From positions 3,286,001 to 3,350,000 of the forward strand of contig OZ251223.1 of the NCBI GenBank assembly GCA_965240325.2: a stretch of DNA of 64,000 bases, read 5' to 3'. This document shows positions 9,295-20,882 of the stretch, piece after piece. Each line of letters starts with the position of its first letter. The stretch's first letter is position 1. The notes under the pieces are model-generated. The model saw only the letters and a list, made by a program, of their open reading frames with translations. It made no database searches and was not told the DNA's origin. Position numbers and translations under genes: made by a program. This DNA is from Rebecca billardiae RCC1528 (Eukaryota; Protista; Haptophyta).

Positions 9295-10662
9295 ATGCTG
9301 CTGGTGCCCCCGGGCGCGGGGCCGCGGCCACCGGCGACGCTCGTGTCCGTGCCTTCCGAGAAGCACCTTCTCGAGCCCCCAGTGCCCCTCGTGTCTGCAG
9401 CCTCGCAGTCGCGGCTGCTCGCGCCGCCTGGACAGGAGCTGCACCAACGGCGAGGATCGACAAAGCCGGTGACCGAGCTCGCGCTGAGACCCCCCAAGCC
9501 CCGATCAGCGCAAACTCGCCGCCCACAGCAGCGCTCTTCTCTGGGTGGCCCGAAGTCGAGCGACCCATGGGAGCGCGAGAAAATCGCTCTGCTCCAGGTG
9601 CTCGGTCTCGAGGAGGCGGCTCTGCGCGACGAGCATCACACATCTGGCGTCGATGCTGCCGTTCTCGCGAGCGCTGCCGAGGATGCACGCGCGGACTTGG
9701 AGCAGGCATCCGCAGCGCATGGGAAGAAGGGCGCGGATAGCGATCGTCCAAGCGCATCGCCGAGTAAGCGCAAGGGCGCCGCCGCCGCCCCCGCCCCCGC
9801 CGCCCCCGCCGCCCCCGAGGCCTCCCGCGTCAGCTCGGAGCTGGTGGAGGCGACGAGCGCGCTTGCCACGGATGCGGCCACGCTGTCCAAGGCGAGCGTG
9901 GTCGCAGAGGAGAGGAGCACGCGCGCGCGGCGCGAGCGGCGAGGGCTGCGCAAGGCCCGCGCGAAGCTGGAGCTGGTGCTCAGTGCGGAGGCCATGACGC
10001 GCGAGTCGGCCAGGCTGCGCGTCGAGTACCAGGAGGAGCTCAAGAGCGCGCTGCTCGAGATGAGCCGCACGGGCGGCGCCGAGCGCACGGCGGGCGGATC
10101 CGACACGGCGGCGGCACAGGGCGCATACGCGCCGCGCACGGGGATGGGCTTGACGTCCGCCTCGCTGAATGCGTACACGCTCGCCGGCGCGCCGAACACC
10201 ACGCCTCGAGCACGCGGGCGAGCGCCCGTGTACAGGCAGTTTTGGGACTCGGCGGCGGTGCCGCTCTGCATCTCGCGCACAGGCTTGCAGGCGAGCTTTG
10301 TGCAGCGCCACAGGCCGCCGCGGCCGTGGCACGCGGGGGGCGCTTCGGAATCGCGGCCTCCGATGCCCCCGCCGCACATGACCGAAGGCGAAGCGCCCGG
10401 TTCGCGACGCAGCACTTCGGCATCGGCGGCCAGACTGCCGCCGCTCGACGGGCGGAATGGCCAGCGCGGTGCCGCGACCTTTGGGCACGAGCGTCCGTGG
10501 CGCTCGCCGACCAGAACACCTGGGGAATTCGGGAAGCCACCGGCGTTCCGTCCGCGGGTGGAGGCCATGCGTTCGGCCGTCACGTTTGCGACAGTGGACG
10601 TGCGCCGCTCGCCACCGCAGCATGCGACATCGCCGCCAGCTCACAGTGCTCGCGTGTCCTGA
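9295..10662 (+). CDS. Hypothetical protein (455 aa) with coiled-coil-like centre and Pro/Arg-rich C-terminus
   Basis: Long ATG-started ORF, divergent from SPO11; helical segment EEAALRDE...RVEYQEELKSALLEM; no family recognised. Confidence 0.6.
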   Translation: MLLVPPGAGPRPPATLVSVPSEKHLLEPPVPLVSAASQSRLLAPPGQELHQRRGSTKPVTELALRPPKPRSAQTRRPQQRSSLGGPKSSDPWEREKIALLQVLGLEEAALRDEHHTSGVDAAVLASAAEDARADLEQASAAHGKKGADSDRPSASPSKRKGAAAAPAPAAPAAPEASRVSSELVEATSALATDAATLSKASVVAEERSTRARRERRGLRKARAKLELVLSAEAMTRESARLRVEYQEELKSALLEMSRTGGAERTAGGSDTAAAQGAYAPRTGMGLTSASLNAYTLAGAPNTTPRARGRAPVYRQFWDSAAVPLCISRTGLQASFVQRHRPPRPWHAGGASESRPPMPPPHMTEGEAPGSRRSTSASAARLPPLDGRNGQRGAATFGHERPWRSPTRTPGEFGKPPAFRPRVEAMRSAVTFATVDVRRSPPQHATSPPAHSARVS

Positions 10663-11318
10663 CCTGAGCGCGGTGGTGATGCGCACTCTAAGACTCACTG
10701 ACCGACGGATGCCTTTAGTGTCGACCTGCCTCAGTCTCATGACTCATCGGGAGTCTCATCCCCGGAAGCGGGCTGGTCGACAGTCACGGTACCGTGCGCC
10801 CTGCGGCCCACGGCTGGACGGTCTGGCCGAGTAAGGTCCGTGGCTGAGACGGCTGCTCGGCCCGCGTCGGCTGGTCGCTGAGGCTTGTACCCGTGTCCCG
10901 TGAGACTCTCTCACAGTGGCCGCACTGTCAGTCAGTGTTACACAGCACGGGCCGGCCCGCGCCGCCCGTCCGAGAGTGCCGGAGCGCCGACCCGCTCACG
11001 CTGGCACCGCGCCGTGGCCCGTGCGACGGCTAATAAGTGAGTAACGCTGGACTAGCTACCCGCGCGGATGCAGCACATCCTCACAATGACGGCACACTCC
11101 GGGCGGCGGCGACGGGCGAGTAAGGCAGGCGAGATTGACGCCCGCCACGACTGTCACCGCCCATGAAGCCGTCTTGCTAGTCGATGTGTGAGCCCCTTCG
11201 GCTTCGATCAATCGATGGCCGACCGGCCTCGCTACTTCGCTAGTCGCTGCCGCGACTTCATTAATGATCATTCATTGCGCGCCTTCCCGAAGCGTTTTTT
11301 GTGAAGCAGTAGCTATCC

Positions 11319-12227
11319 ATGGCCTGGGCGGTACTGTCTCTCTTCGGGCTCGGTGTCCTGCAGCTAGCGCGTATCGCCCAAGGTGCTGGCGGAAGACCGC
11401 CTAACGATGGGTTCCGCTTCGATTGCTATCAGGCGTTGACGAGCGACCCCTCGATCACGGCGGGCCAGGCCGTGCGGAAGAACACAATGCTGAGCAAAGA
11501 GCGCCTCGCGAACGTGCACCAGCTGGTCGCACACGCGATTGCAGCAGGCATTGCCGGCGATTGGGTGGAGACCGGGGTCTGGCGCGGCGGCACAAGCCTC
11601 GTCGCCGCCCGTGTCATCCAGCGAAGCCGGCGCGTGAGCGAATGCCCGCAGCTCGAGCGCACGGTGTGGCTCTTTGATTCGTTCGAGGGACTCCCAAAGC
11701 CGCGCGTGGAGGACAGGGGCAGGTCCCGGGGAGGGCGTCCGATGGATCCGCCTGGTTCGTACTCCTTCTCGGGGGGCGTGGACACGGTGGCGAGTCTTTT
11801 CAGAGCGCAAGGTTTCGCCCCCGAGATCGTGCGCGACCGCGCGGCTCTCGAAGCACTGAGCGCTCGTTCTGAGCGTGAGGCAGCAGTGCTGCCGGACGCG
11901 ACTGGCGGACTTCCCGTGAGGCTTGTGCGTGGTTGGTTCAACGAGACGCTCGCCTTGGCCCCCGTCCGGAACATATCGATCCTCCGCCTCGATGGCGACA
12001 TGTACTCCTCGACCATGGACTCCCTGCACGCCTTCTACAAGCGCCTGGCAGCGCGCGGCTTCATGATTATCGATGACTACGGCTGGTGGATCCAGTGCAA
12101 GCGCGCAGTGGACGACTTCTTCATACACGAGCAGGGCTGGATGCCGGCGTTCGTCGCGGTCGACTTCACAGGCCGCTGGATGCAGAAGCCTCACTTACTC
12201 CAGATCAGTCCAGCTCCGTCTGTATAA
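11319..12227 (+). CDS. TylF/MycF/NovP-family SAM-dependent sugar O-methyltransferase with signal peptide
   Basis: GDWVETGVWRGG, WLFDSFEGLP, VRGWFNETL, ISILRLDGDMYSST, MIIDDYG, CKRAVDDF are TylF-family motifs; N-terminal hydrophobic leader; intronless. Confidence 0.9.
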   Translation: MAWAVLSLFGLGVLQLARIAQGAGGRPPNDGFRFDCYQALTSDPSITAGQAVRKNTMLSKERLANVHQLVAHAIAAGIAGDWVETGVWRGGTSLVAARVIQRSRRVSECPQLERTVWLFDSFEGLPKPRVEDRGRSRGGRPMDPPGSYSFSGGVDTVASLFRAQGFAPEIVRDRAALEALSARSEREAAVLPDATGGLPVRLVRGWFNETLALAPVRNISILRLDGDMYSSTMDSLHAFYKRLAARGFMIIDDYGWWIQCKRAVDDFFIHEQGWMPAFVAVDFTGRWMQKPHLLQISPAPSV

Positions 12228-13752
12228 CGAGCACTACTCATTCAATTCGGACTCGAGTCTCCTCACAAGCAGCCTACCGCCCCGTCATGGCTGCGGTATG
12301 GCTGGTATTGCTTTGAGACGGAGGCACTGCAGCAGTGATTGCAGGCAGGTCCCTCCACGGCTGTGCACCCGGCTCGGCGTCCTTCGGACGCCGGCGGCGG
12401 CCGAGCGCGCGGACCCGGCGCGTCGGGCGCCGTCAACCCGGACGCTGCCGGCCGCCCGACTAGCTTAGTTAGTGGCCTAAGCCGCGGCGGCGCGGGCGCG
12501 GCGGCCGGGCAGCCGCTCCGCTATTATAGGCTTGTACCCGCCCGATATTATTATAAAGTACGGCCCGTTTAGGCCGCCGTCACTCGTCAGGTGGGCCGCG
12601 GCGCGACCGGCACGGGCCCGGCGGCGCGCGGATTCCCGCGGAAGCGCCAAGCCGGTGACTTCAAGCAGTAGCTCATCCGGGTTACTATAAAGACGACTAC
12701 TGTGAGTCTCAACGAGTCAACGACAACAAATAGATAAACTGTACGAGCACTATGATGAGATATGTCATATGAGTGGTGCCCACAGAATCTCAATCTGAGA
12801 GTTACCGCCCCGGGATCGGTAGCTTCAGTACTCTGTGAGTGACATCAGTGTGAGTGCATGACTCACACAGATGAGTCACGGTCCGCTACCAGTACCGGTC
12901 GATACCGTATTACCGTCTAAGTACTACTCACTGACAGTTGGCCAAAATATTGTGAATCAGTGGCAGTAGCAGTACTGTCGAGTAAAGAGAGGCAGTCAGC
13001 TAGACGCTAGTTAGTAAGTTTAATTATCAATAGGCGAGCCCGCCATGCGCGGCGCTCGGCACGGGTGCGACGGCGCGGCAGTCAGCCCGCCGGCGGCGGA
13101 CGACGTAGTAGCCGCCCGGGTCCGCGTAGCCGCAAGCACTAAGCAACGGTCCGTAGTGCCAGACTCTTTGAAGAAGTGTCAGAAGTGACTGACTCACCGG
13201 CGGCGCACTGATGACTGAACAGCGCCGCGTGAAGAGCGTGATTCTTGACTCTGACAGACGATGACACCATTGACAAGAAATTGATCGCGCCTAAGAAAGA
13301 AGAGTCCGAATTGCTTTTATAATAATTGCTACATACGTGTCGCCCTTCGGAGCCGAGCCTGTTCCGGAGGACACCGTCACCGGGGTCTGGGCGACGACTC
13401 GACGTAAGGTCGGCACGCAGACGGTCAGTTTATCGTCAGTACTGAGTCGTGGCAGTGAGGCTGAATGGGGTAAGACGTGCTGCCAGGGATAAGGGTCGTC
13501 GTTCGGCCAGACGGCCAGTCTTGAGGCTCCGACTTCCGAGTTCCGTTGAGCAACTGGGCCCGCCTGCGGGGGCGCCCTTGATCAACAGTGAGGGGCAGAG
13601 CCAGAGTGGGCGTCGCTGGTCCGGGCCTGTGTCGGTCCGGGGGTCCCCGTCCGGGCCGGGGCATGCTCAACGGCGCTTCTCACCTGCGCAGTCGCTTGCG
13701 CTCGCAGCCCTCGCGCGAGCTGAAGCCGGTGGCGGCGTACGCGCAGCCCGCC

Positions 13753-16577
13753 ATGCCGGGCGTGGTGGAGGACGACGACTCGGACGAGGATGTGCCTCTG
13801 AGCAAGCGCATCGCGCTCGCAAAGGGCCCGGGAGCGGACGGGGTCTCGCGACCTGCTGCTGCAGCTGCGCCTGCGGCGGCGAAGCCATCATCGTCGACGA
13901 CTGCGCCGCCAGCGCCTGTGAGCAGGCCTGCGAATGGCGATGAGCCGAGGGAAGGCGGCACGTCGAGCGGCAAACTGGGAGCCGAGACGACCGCTGGCTC
14001 GGGAGCGGCCAAGCCGGGTGCGCACGCGGCGAGTGATCACGCCCCCGGCAATGGCGCAGCAGGCACGCAGCCTGCGGAGGAGCGGCAGAAGCCGCCGGCG
14101 CCGGCACCGAAGCCGGCTGCGACTGGATCGGCGGCGAGCGCGCCGCCGAAGCGCCCGCGTGTCGTGGACGACGACGACGATGACGACGACGAGCGGGGCG
14201 GCGGCTCCGGAGCTGCGCAGCTGCCTGCGGCCAAGCAGGCCAAGCCTGCCGACGCGGGCGCCAGCGCAGGGGGAGCGAGCGGCAGCGCACAGCCCGGCGG
14301 TGCAGCGGCGTGCAAGCCGAGCGCCGTCGGCAGCTCCGCGCCCGCCGCGGGGGGCAAGCCGCTGTCGCTGCCCAAGCCCAACCCCAAGGGCGAGCCGGCG
14401 CCCAAGCCGGCGGGCAGCAAGCCGCTCGCGCTGCCAAAGCCCAACCCGGCAAAGCCGGCCGCGCCGGCCGTGCCGAGCGGCGGCGGCAGCGGCAGCAAAC
14501 CTGCGGGCGCGGCGGTGAAGCCCCCTGCGCCCAAGCCCGCCGTGCCCAAGCCTGCCGCGTCGCCGGCCAAGCCCGCCGCGCCCAAGCCCGCCGCGCCCAA
14601 GCCCGCCGCGCCCAAGCCCTCCGCGCCGCCGGCCAAGCCCGCGCCCAAGCCCGCGGCCGCTGCGTCCAAGCCCAGGCCCAAAGTGGTGGACGACGACGAC
14701 GACGACGACAACGACTCGAGCGGCTCGGAGACGTCGGGCTCGGAGGAGAGCAGCGACGAGGAGAGCAGCGACGAGTCGGACGAGCCCATCCAGAAGAAGG
14801 TGGACGCGAAGCGCTCGACCGTCGCCAAGCCCAAGCCGCCGGCCGCGGCCGCCAAGCCGAAGGGCTCAGGCGGCGCCGCGCCGAAGCGCAAGGCTGCCTC
14901 CCCGGCCAAGAGCGCGCCGCGCAGCCGCAAGAAGCCCAAGGAGGAGGAGGGCGAGGCGGAGAACCTGATCGACGGCGACGAGCCGTACGCGCTACGCGCC
15001 GCGCCCCTGGCCCCAGCGCGCGGGCGCTCGCGGCGGGCTCGAGCGCGCGGGCAGGAGCGCGCAGCGGGCGCGCGGGCGGCAGTGCGGGAGGGCGCGCGCG
15101 CGCGCGCCGGCTGCTGGGGAGCGTCCACCGATCCCCACACATTAGTCAGGATCCCAGCCCACGCGCATCTCCGAGCGTGCTTGGAGCGCTGCGCGCTTCA
15201 ATGGCTGCCGACCCGTTGCGTGAGTGGGACAGCGTACCCGCCAACAGGCATGCCACTCGTTCTGAGGGCGGCCGACCGGCGGCTCCGGGGGCGCTGAGTT
15301 GGCGGCGGCCCCTTGCGCACCGCGCGAGGGCCGAGGGCCGCCGCCTTAGACTGCACCCGCACAGCACCGCGCGGGCGGGGTGGTTGGGTGGGAGGGGGTG
15401 CTTCGTGGCGGCGTGGCGCGCGCGCCCAACCACCCGCGCCCGCGCTCTCCAGCTCACCCGCCCTCGGCCGTGCGCGCGCGCGCCGCGGCCGTCCGCGCTC
15501 TGCGCCGCGCGCCCGCGCCGCCGCTCCGTGCGCGCAGCTGGTTCCAGGACAAGGACGACGTGCACTGGAAGAAGGGCGCGGTGAAGTGGCGCTCGCTCGA
15601 GCACGCCGGCGTGCTCTTCCCGCCGGCGTACGTCCCGCACGGTGTGCCGCTCGTGTACAACGGCCACGAGGTCAAGCTCAACGTCGAGCAGGAGGAGGCG
15701 TGCACGTTCTACGCCGCGATGAAGGACACCGACTATGGGCTCGACCCAAAGTTCCAGGAGAACTTCTTCGAGGACTGGCGCAAGCTGCTGGTGAAGACGG
15801 AGGCGGGGAAGGGCGTGAAGGACTTCGCGAAGTGCGACTTCACGCGCATCGCCGCGCACGTCAAGGCGGAGGACGCCAAGAAGAAGGAGCGCTCGCGCGA
15901 GGAGAAGCTGGCAGACAAGGAGGCCAAGCAGGCGCAGGAGGGGCCGTTCAACTACGCCACCATCGACGGGCGCAAGGAGAAGGTGGGCAACTTCCGCGTC
16001 GAGCCGCCCGGGCTGTTCCGCGGGCGCGGGGACCACCCGAAGCGCGGGCGGATGAAGCGGCGGATCATGCCCGAGGACATCACCATCAACGTCGCGGCGG
16101 ACGCGCCCGTCCCGCCCGTGCCCGACATGGAGGACGGCAAGAAGCACAGGTGGGGCGCCGTCGTGCACGACAACAAGGTCACGTGGCTCGCCAAGTGGAA
16201 GGACTCGGTGTGCGGCCAGGACAAGTGCGTGTGGCTCGCGGCGAACTCGTCGTGGAAGGGGATGTCGGACATGGCCAAGTACAACAAGGCGCGGCAGCTC
16301 AAGCTTCACATCGAGCGCGTGCGCAAGGACTACATGCGCGGCATGAAGGACTCGGCGCGCAAGATGCAGCAGCGCTCGGTCGCCGTCTATCTGATCGACC
16401 AGCTCGCGCTGCGCGTGGGCAACGAGAAGAACACCGAGGAGGAGGCGGACACGGTGGGGTGCTGCTCGCTGCGCGTGGAGCACGTGCGCCTGCACGACCA
16501 GTCGCAGCTCGAGCTGCACTTCCTCGGCAAGGACTCGATCGAGTTCCACAACACCGTCACCATCATCCCCGAGGTGA

Positions 16578-16612
<35 letters not shown>

Positions 16613-17260
16613 TGCGGCCGCGCGCGCACGCGCCGCGCCGCGCGCGCCCCGCGCGCCGCGCGCGCTGCGGGCCATCCGCTGGCGGCTGGCGGCTGGCGCT
16701 GCGCTCACCGAGCGCGTGCGCACGCGCCGCGCGCGGCCCCGCCCCGCCGCCGCCGCGCGCACGCGCCGCCGCGCAGGCGCACGCGCTGATCGGCGCCTTC
16801 CTCAAGAAGAAGGGGCCGGAGGACGACCTGTTTGAGCAGATCAAGCCGCAGGACCTGAACGACTACTTCCACGGCATCATGGACGGGCTGACCGCCAAGG
16901 CGCGCGCGGCCACGCGCGCGCGCGCAGAGCAGCGGCGAGGGGCGGCCGCGCGCGCGCACGGCCGCAGCGCAGCCGCGCCCAGCCGGCGCGCGCGCAAGCG
17001 CCTCACGGAGCGCGCTCCCGCCGCCGCGCGCGCGTGACGCGCCGCGCGCGGGGCCGCAGGTGTTCCGCACTTACAACGCGTCGATCACGCTCGAGCGGCT
17101 GCTCTCGCAGACCTCCGAGCGCGTCTCGGCGCAGCAGATCGCGAAGGAGGGGCGCGAGACCGCGCTGTGCAACTTCTACGCAGTCGCCAACAAGGAGGTG
17201 GCGGAGCTGTGCAACCACCAGCGCGCGGCGCCCAAAAACTTTGACGAGCAGGTGCGTGTG

Positions 17261-17296
<36 letters not shown>

Positions 17297-17780
17297 TGTG
17301 TGCGTGCGTGCGTGCGTGCGTGCGTGCGTGTGTGCGTGCGTGCGTGCGTGCGCGCGAGGGTGGAGGTTCGGACTGGGCGCGAGCCGCGCGCCGTTCGCGC
17401 GCCGCTCCCGCCGGCTGCTGCCCGCCGCCGCCTGACCCTCGCCCGCCGCGCGCCGCCCTCCGCCCGCCGCCGGGCAGATGGCGCGCATCGACGAGAGAAT
17501 AGACAAGGTGCGCGCCGAGCTCAAGGAGGCCAAGAAGGGCGGCAGCTCCGCGCGCGCGGAGCAGAAGTCGCGGCAGCTCGAGAAGATGGAGGCGGACAAG
17601 CGCACCAAGATCGAGCTCAAGAACGTCGCGCTCGGCACCTCGCGCATCAACTATAACGACCCGCGCATCACGGTGGCGTGGTGCAAGGCGCACGACGTGC
17701 CGATCACAAAGCCGTTCAACAAGTCGCTGCTCGGCAAGTTCACGTGGGCGATGAGCAGCGCGCCTGACTGGAGATTCTAG
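13753..17780 (+). CDS. TOP1: DNA topoisomerase IB; exons 13753-14984, 15538-16573, 16777-16899, 17060-17251, 17478-17780
   Basis: [66 protein letters not shown]|[22 protein letters not shown] (catalytic Tyr); low-complexity K/P/A N-terminus; splice joins restore the frame. Confidence 0.95.
17252..17350. repeat. (GTGC)n microsatellite starting at the donor of TOP1 intron 4
   Basis: gtgcgtgtgtgcgtgcgtgc... seen directly. Confidence 0.9.
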
Positions 17781-18152
17781 CTAGTGGCGGCCTCAGCCGA
17801 CGGGCGGGCATCGCCGCCAGCTGCGTGCCCGGCGCAACCCGCGTGATGCTGCTCTCAGAGGCGCACCCCTCTGCGGTTGCGAGCAGCATCGCAAGCGAGC
17901 TGCAAGGCCATTGTCGAATGTGCCCGAGCCCCGACGGCTCGGACCGGTGCAGGTGGCCCGAACGAATCATTTCCTGCTCTGCGCAGCCTGTGGCTGTCGT
18001 CAGTGCGGACTGCCTGCTTCTGCGAGTCCGGCGCATTGCTCCGTACTGGTAGTCTTATTAAGTCGGTAGTCGGACAATGGCGGGACATCAGTGGATCGAT
18101 GACGATGGTCGATGCGATGCTCGTCAGTAGTCGCCTGCTCACGGCTGCTGGC

Positions 18153-18736
18153 GGCTGGCTTCGGTTGACCGCCCTGCCAGTGCCAGAGGCAGAGACGGGC
18201 ACTGTGAGCTCCTTCATGAATAAGTCATCGGCTCGTGTCTCGTGCCAATAAAACTGCACGCCTACAGTGTCACGGCACAGGCGGAGGACTACCTCAATGG
18301 ATGCCTATAGAGGCTGCTAGATGATGACTCGACGACTTCACTTTCAGCCGCCCAGCGAGCGACGATATTGGGCCAACAAGCACTTCCTCTATTAAGACTC
18401 TATAGTTCAGACTCTATTTTTACTATCTATTTACCCATTTCAGACTCTGGACAGAACACGGTCCAGGAGCGATCCGGATGCACCCGTAGCTATTGGAAAT
18501 ACGTCACCGGAATGGGTAAATATCTATGAAAAATAGACGCAAGTAGTCACACACTGAGTTTCACACCCTGGGCACTTATTGGCCATCAGCATCCATAGTC
18601 TTAACCCTACTTGGAGCCCTGTGGGACACTTCGCGGGCGTTCATTCGGCCGCAGGAATCATGCGAAGATCATTTTCGGTAGCTACGCCCGGTTTCTATGA
18701 CTACCGGATTGGCAGGGGTCAACCGGAGCCAGAGCC
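18153..18736. mobile_element. Degenerate foldback/MITE-like element, family shared with 39038..39579
   Basis: Outer imperfect inverted repeats (ctggcttcggttgaccgccctgcca ~18155-18179; tggcaggggtcaaccggagccag ~18710-18732); AT-rich core 18381-18537 shares gttcagactctatttttactat with 39222 onward. Confidence 0.6.
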
Positions 18737-19507
18737 TGCTGTCCTTGCCCATGCTCGCGCCCAGTTCATGCACGCCCTGCGACCGATAGGCGATACTAGC
18801 CGATAGTATGATCATTGAATGATTGATACGCCTGATGATGCGCCTCGTGACGCCGGCGCACGCGTCACGGCGGACGACCGAGGAGGGCGCGCGGGCTGGC
18901 CATCTTGGCGGTGGGCTGTACGGGAATGCCCGCGGCGCACGCGCAAAGCGCGTATTCAAACGCTCCCAGACGGGAAATCGACTCGCCGCATCGACTCCAA
19001 ACCGGACGCCGCGCTCGGCGAGGGCTTTCGGGCGTGTGGTTCACAAACATGCCTCTGGGCGGAACTCGCCAGTCTGAACGCGTGCCGCCGCCACCGCGGC
19101 TCCGAGCTTGCCGGGAGATCATAGCGATTTGGCGCGAGACCACAGCAAACGCCGTCTGCCGCCCTCGCGCGCTGACTCGCACGCTCACTCGCGCTCGGCG
19201 CGGCCAGTGGCGCCGATGACGGGCCGTCGCAAGCAACCGCGCACGTCAACGTGTGATCAGTGATGCGCCACGGGCCCGGGCCGCCGGAGCCCCGCCACGC
19301 GGGCTCCGCGCTCCCGCCGCAGTCTGAGTCACAGTGAGTGACACGGGCCGCCGGCGCCGGACTGCCCGCGACGCCCTGTTCGGCTGGAGCGCACGGCTCA
19401 GCCACATTCGGCCGCCCAGGATCACTTAGTATGTGTGACTACAGTATTGGAAATGAGATTTATCGTCAGCCGGTGTGCCGGTGCGGGACTCGACTTGCCC
19501 GACAGCT

Positions 19508-20041
19508 TCAGCTAGCAGTAGGATCGGTAGGCGGGCAATACCGATGGTGCAAGTCCGCAAGCACCCGTGTTGGACCTTCCGTGGCCTCGATGCACTTCTG
19601 CAGCTGCCCCCGGGCCTGATAGGCGCATGCGCCGCCACAGAACTCCTCGATCGTTCGAAGGGCCTCGCGTCGGACCGACTCGTCGGCAGACGCGGCATGC
19701 CGGACGAGGTGCTCCATGCCGCCCTCGACCAGGAAGTCGGAGCATGCCGGAAGCGAGCGCGAGCACCCACGCGCGCGACTGCATCCAGCACGTTGCAAGA
19801 AGGGCTCGGTGGTGTTCAGCAGGATGAGCACATTCTTCGTGCTCGCCGTGTCGACAACCGTGCTGTACATGTACCCCAGCCCGGCCACCGAGACGAGTAA
19901 CGCTCCCTTCGCCACGTTTCCAAATACCTGTGGAAGGCCCGGGTCTTCGCCCGCCCCACCGCCTGTGCGCGTGTGCAGTGCCTCCTGCTTGAGCGTGCGA
20001 GATGCGAGCCGAATTGCTTGGAGTGTTCGCATTGCCGCCAT
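19508..20041 (-). CDS. Hypothetical protein with transit-peptide-like N-terminus, one TM segment and an ARM/HEAT-like helix pair
   Basis: MAAMRTLQAIRLASR leader; ALLVSVAGLGYMY; LVEGGMEHLVRHAASADESVRREALRTI. Confidence 0.5.
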   Translation of the reverse strand: MAAMRTLQAIRLASRTLKQEALHTRTGGGAGEDPGLPQVFGNVAKGALLVSVAGLGYMYSTVVDTASTKNVLILLNTTEPFLQRAGCSRARGCSRSLPACSDFLVEGGMEHLVRHAASADESVRREALRTIEEFCGGACAYQARGQLQKCIEATEGPTRVLADLHHRYCPPTDPTAS

Positions 20042-20438
20042 GATCATCGGTGTTCCCACGGTCACCGATGTGGGGGCCCGCCCCGCCCCGCCCGCGCGGC
20101 GACAGTTAGCCGCGGATTTCAGATTCGCGGAACGGCCGGGCTGCAGGCGGGACGTCGCCCGTGGACGTCGCTCCGTCCGGGCGTCACGCCGTCGCGGACG
20201 TCAGACCGTGAGGATAAGCAGTGTCAGCTAGATCAGATGGAGAGTAGATAGAGAGTGATGCCGAGTTACAATCGGCCTGAGTCCGCGGCGCCCGCCCGCT
20301 TCAACGCACCAACAACGCTGCCAGTCATCACGGTGAGTGTCCTGGCCACTGGCCTCAGATTAGTATTACCTGGGCAGCCGGCGTGACGTAAGCTGATGTA
20401 GCTGTTAGTTTAATAGTTAGCTAGCAGTAAAATCAGCA

Positions 20439-20882
20439 AGTCCCGAGATTTTAATAATCAGCACTACGGTGACAGTGCGTGGCTATACTAGTTTTACTCG
20501 CTAGTCGCTGCTGAAAGCATCAGTGCCGCGGCCTACTGTACTTATATTGGCTTAGTAGACTTCTGCTTAATTGATGCTGATGCTTTTGCTGCCTTTCAGC
20601 AGTGCTTCAAGCTCTGCTGTGAGCGAGGGGAGATCCTCCTCCGGCTCCTGTCGCAGCATGGCGGGCGGCTCAGAGTCCCGAGATTATTTTAATAATCATA
20701 GCGCACTATATGCGGTGACAGTGCGCGTCGCGTTAATAGCTATGATACTAGTTTTACTCGCTGCTGAAAGCATCAGCCATCAGTGCCCGCGGCCTACTTC
20801 TTTTGCTGCTTTTGCTTTGCAAGCTCTGTGAGCGAGGGGAGATCCTCCTCCGGCTCCTGTCGCAGCATGGCGGGCGGCTCAG
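20439..20882. repeat. Degenerate tandem duplication of the kinase 3' end and 3' flank (about 20439-20673 and 20673-20882)
   Basis: 20621-20673 is identical over 53 bp to 20830-20882; the flanking parts align with many short indels. Confidence 0.85.

Noticed and set aside
7613-9472. Mirror-image ORFs on both strands (8678..9472 +, the 5' extension of 6506..8305 -, and the MDHFRVNF pair)
   Set aside because: They are by-products of the palindrome and high GC content; no transposase or other motifs
10881-12540. 13-bp direct repeat aggcttgtacccg on both sides of the TylF gene as an insertion signature
   Set aside because: Too short, and no TIR or other element structure supports it
6506-17780. 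SPO11 and TOP1 as a topoisomerase gene cluster
   Set aside because: They are unrelated enzyme classes separated by unrelated genes; proximity is plausibly chance
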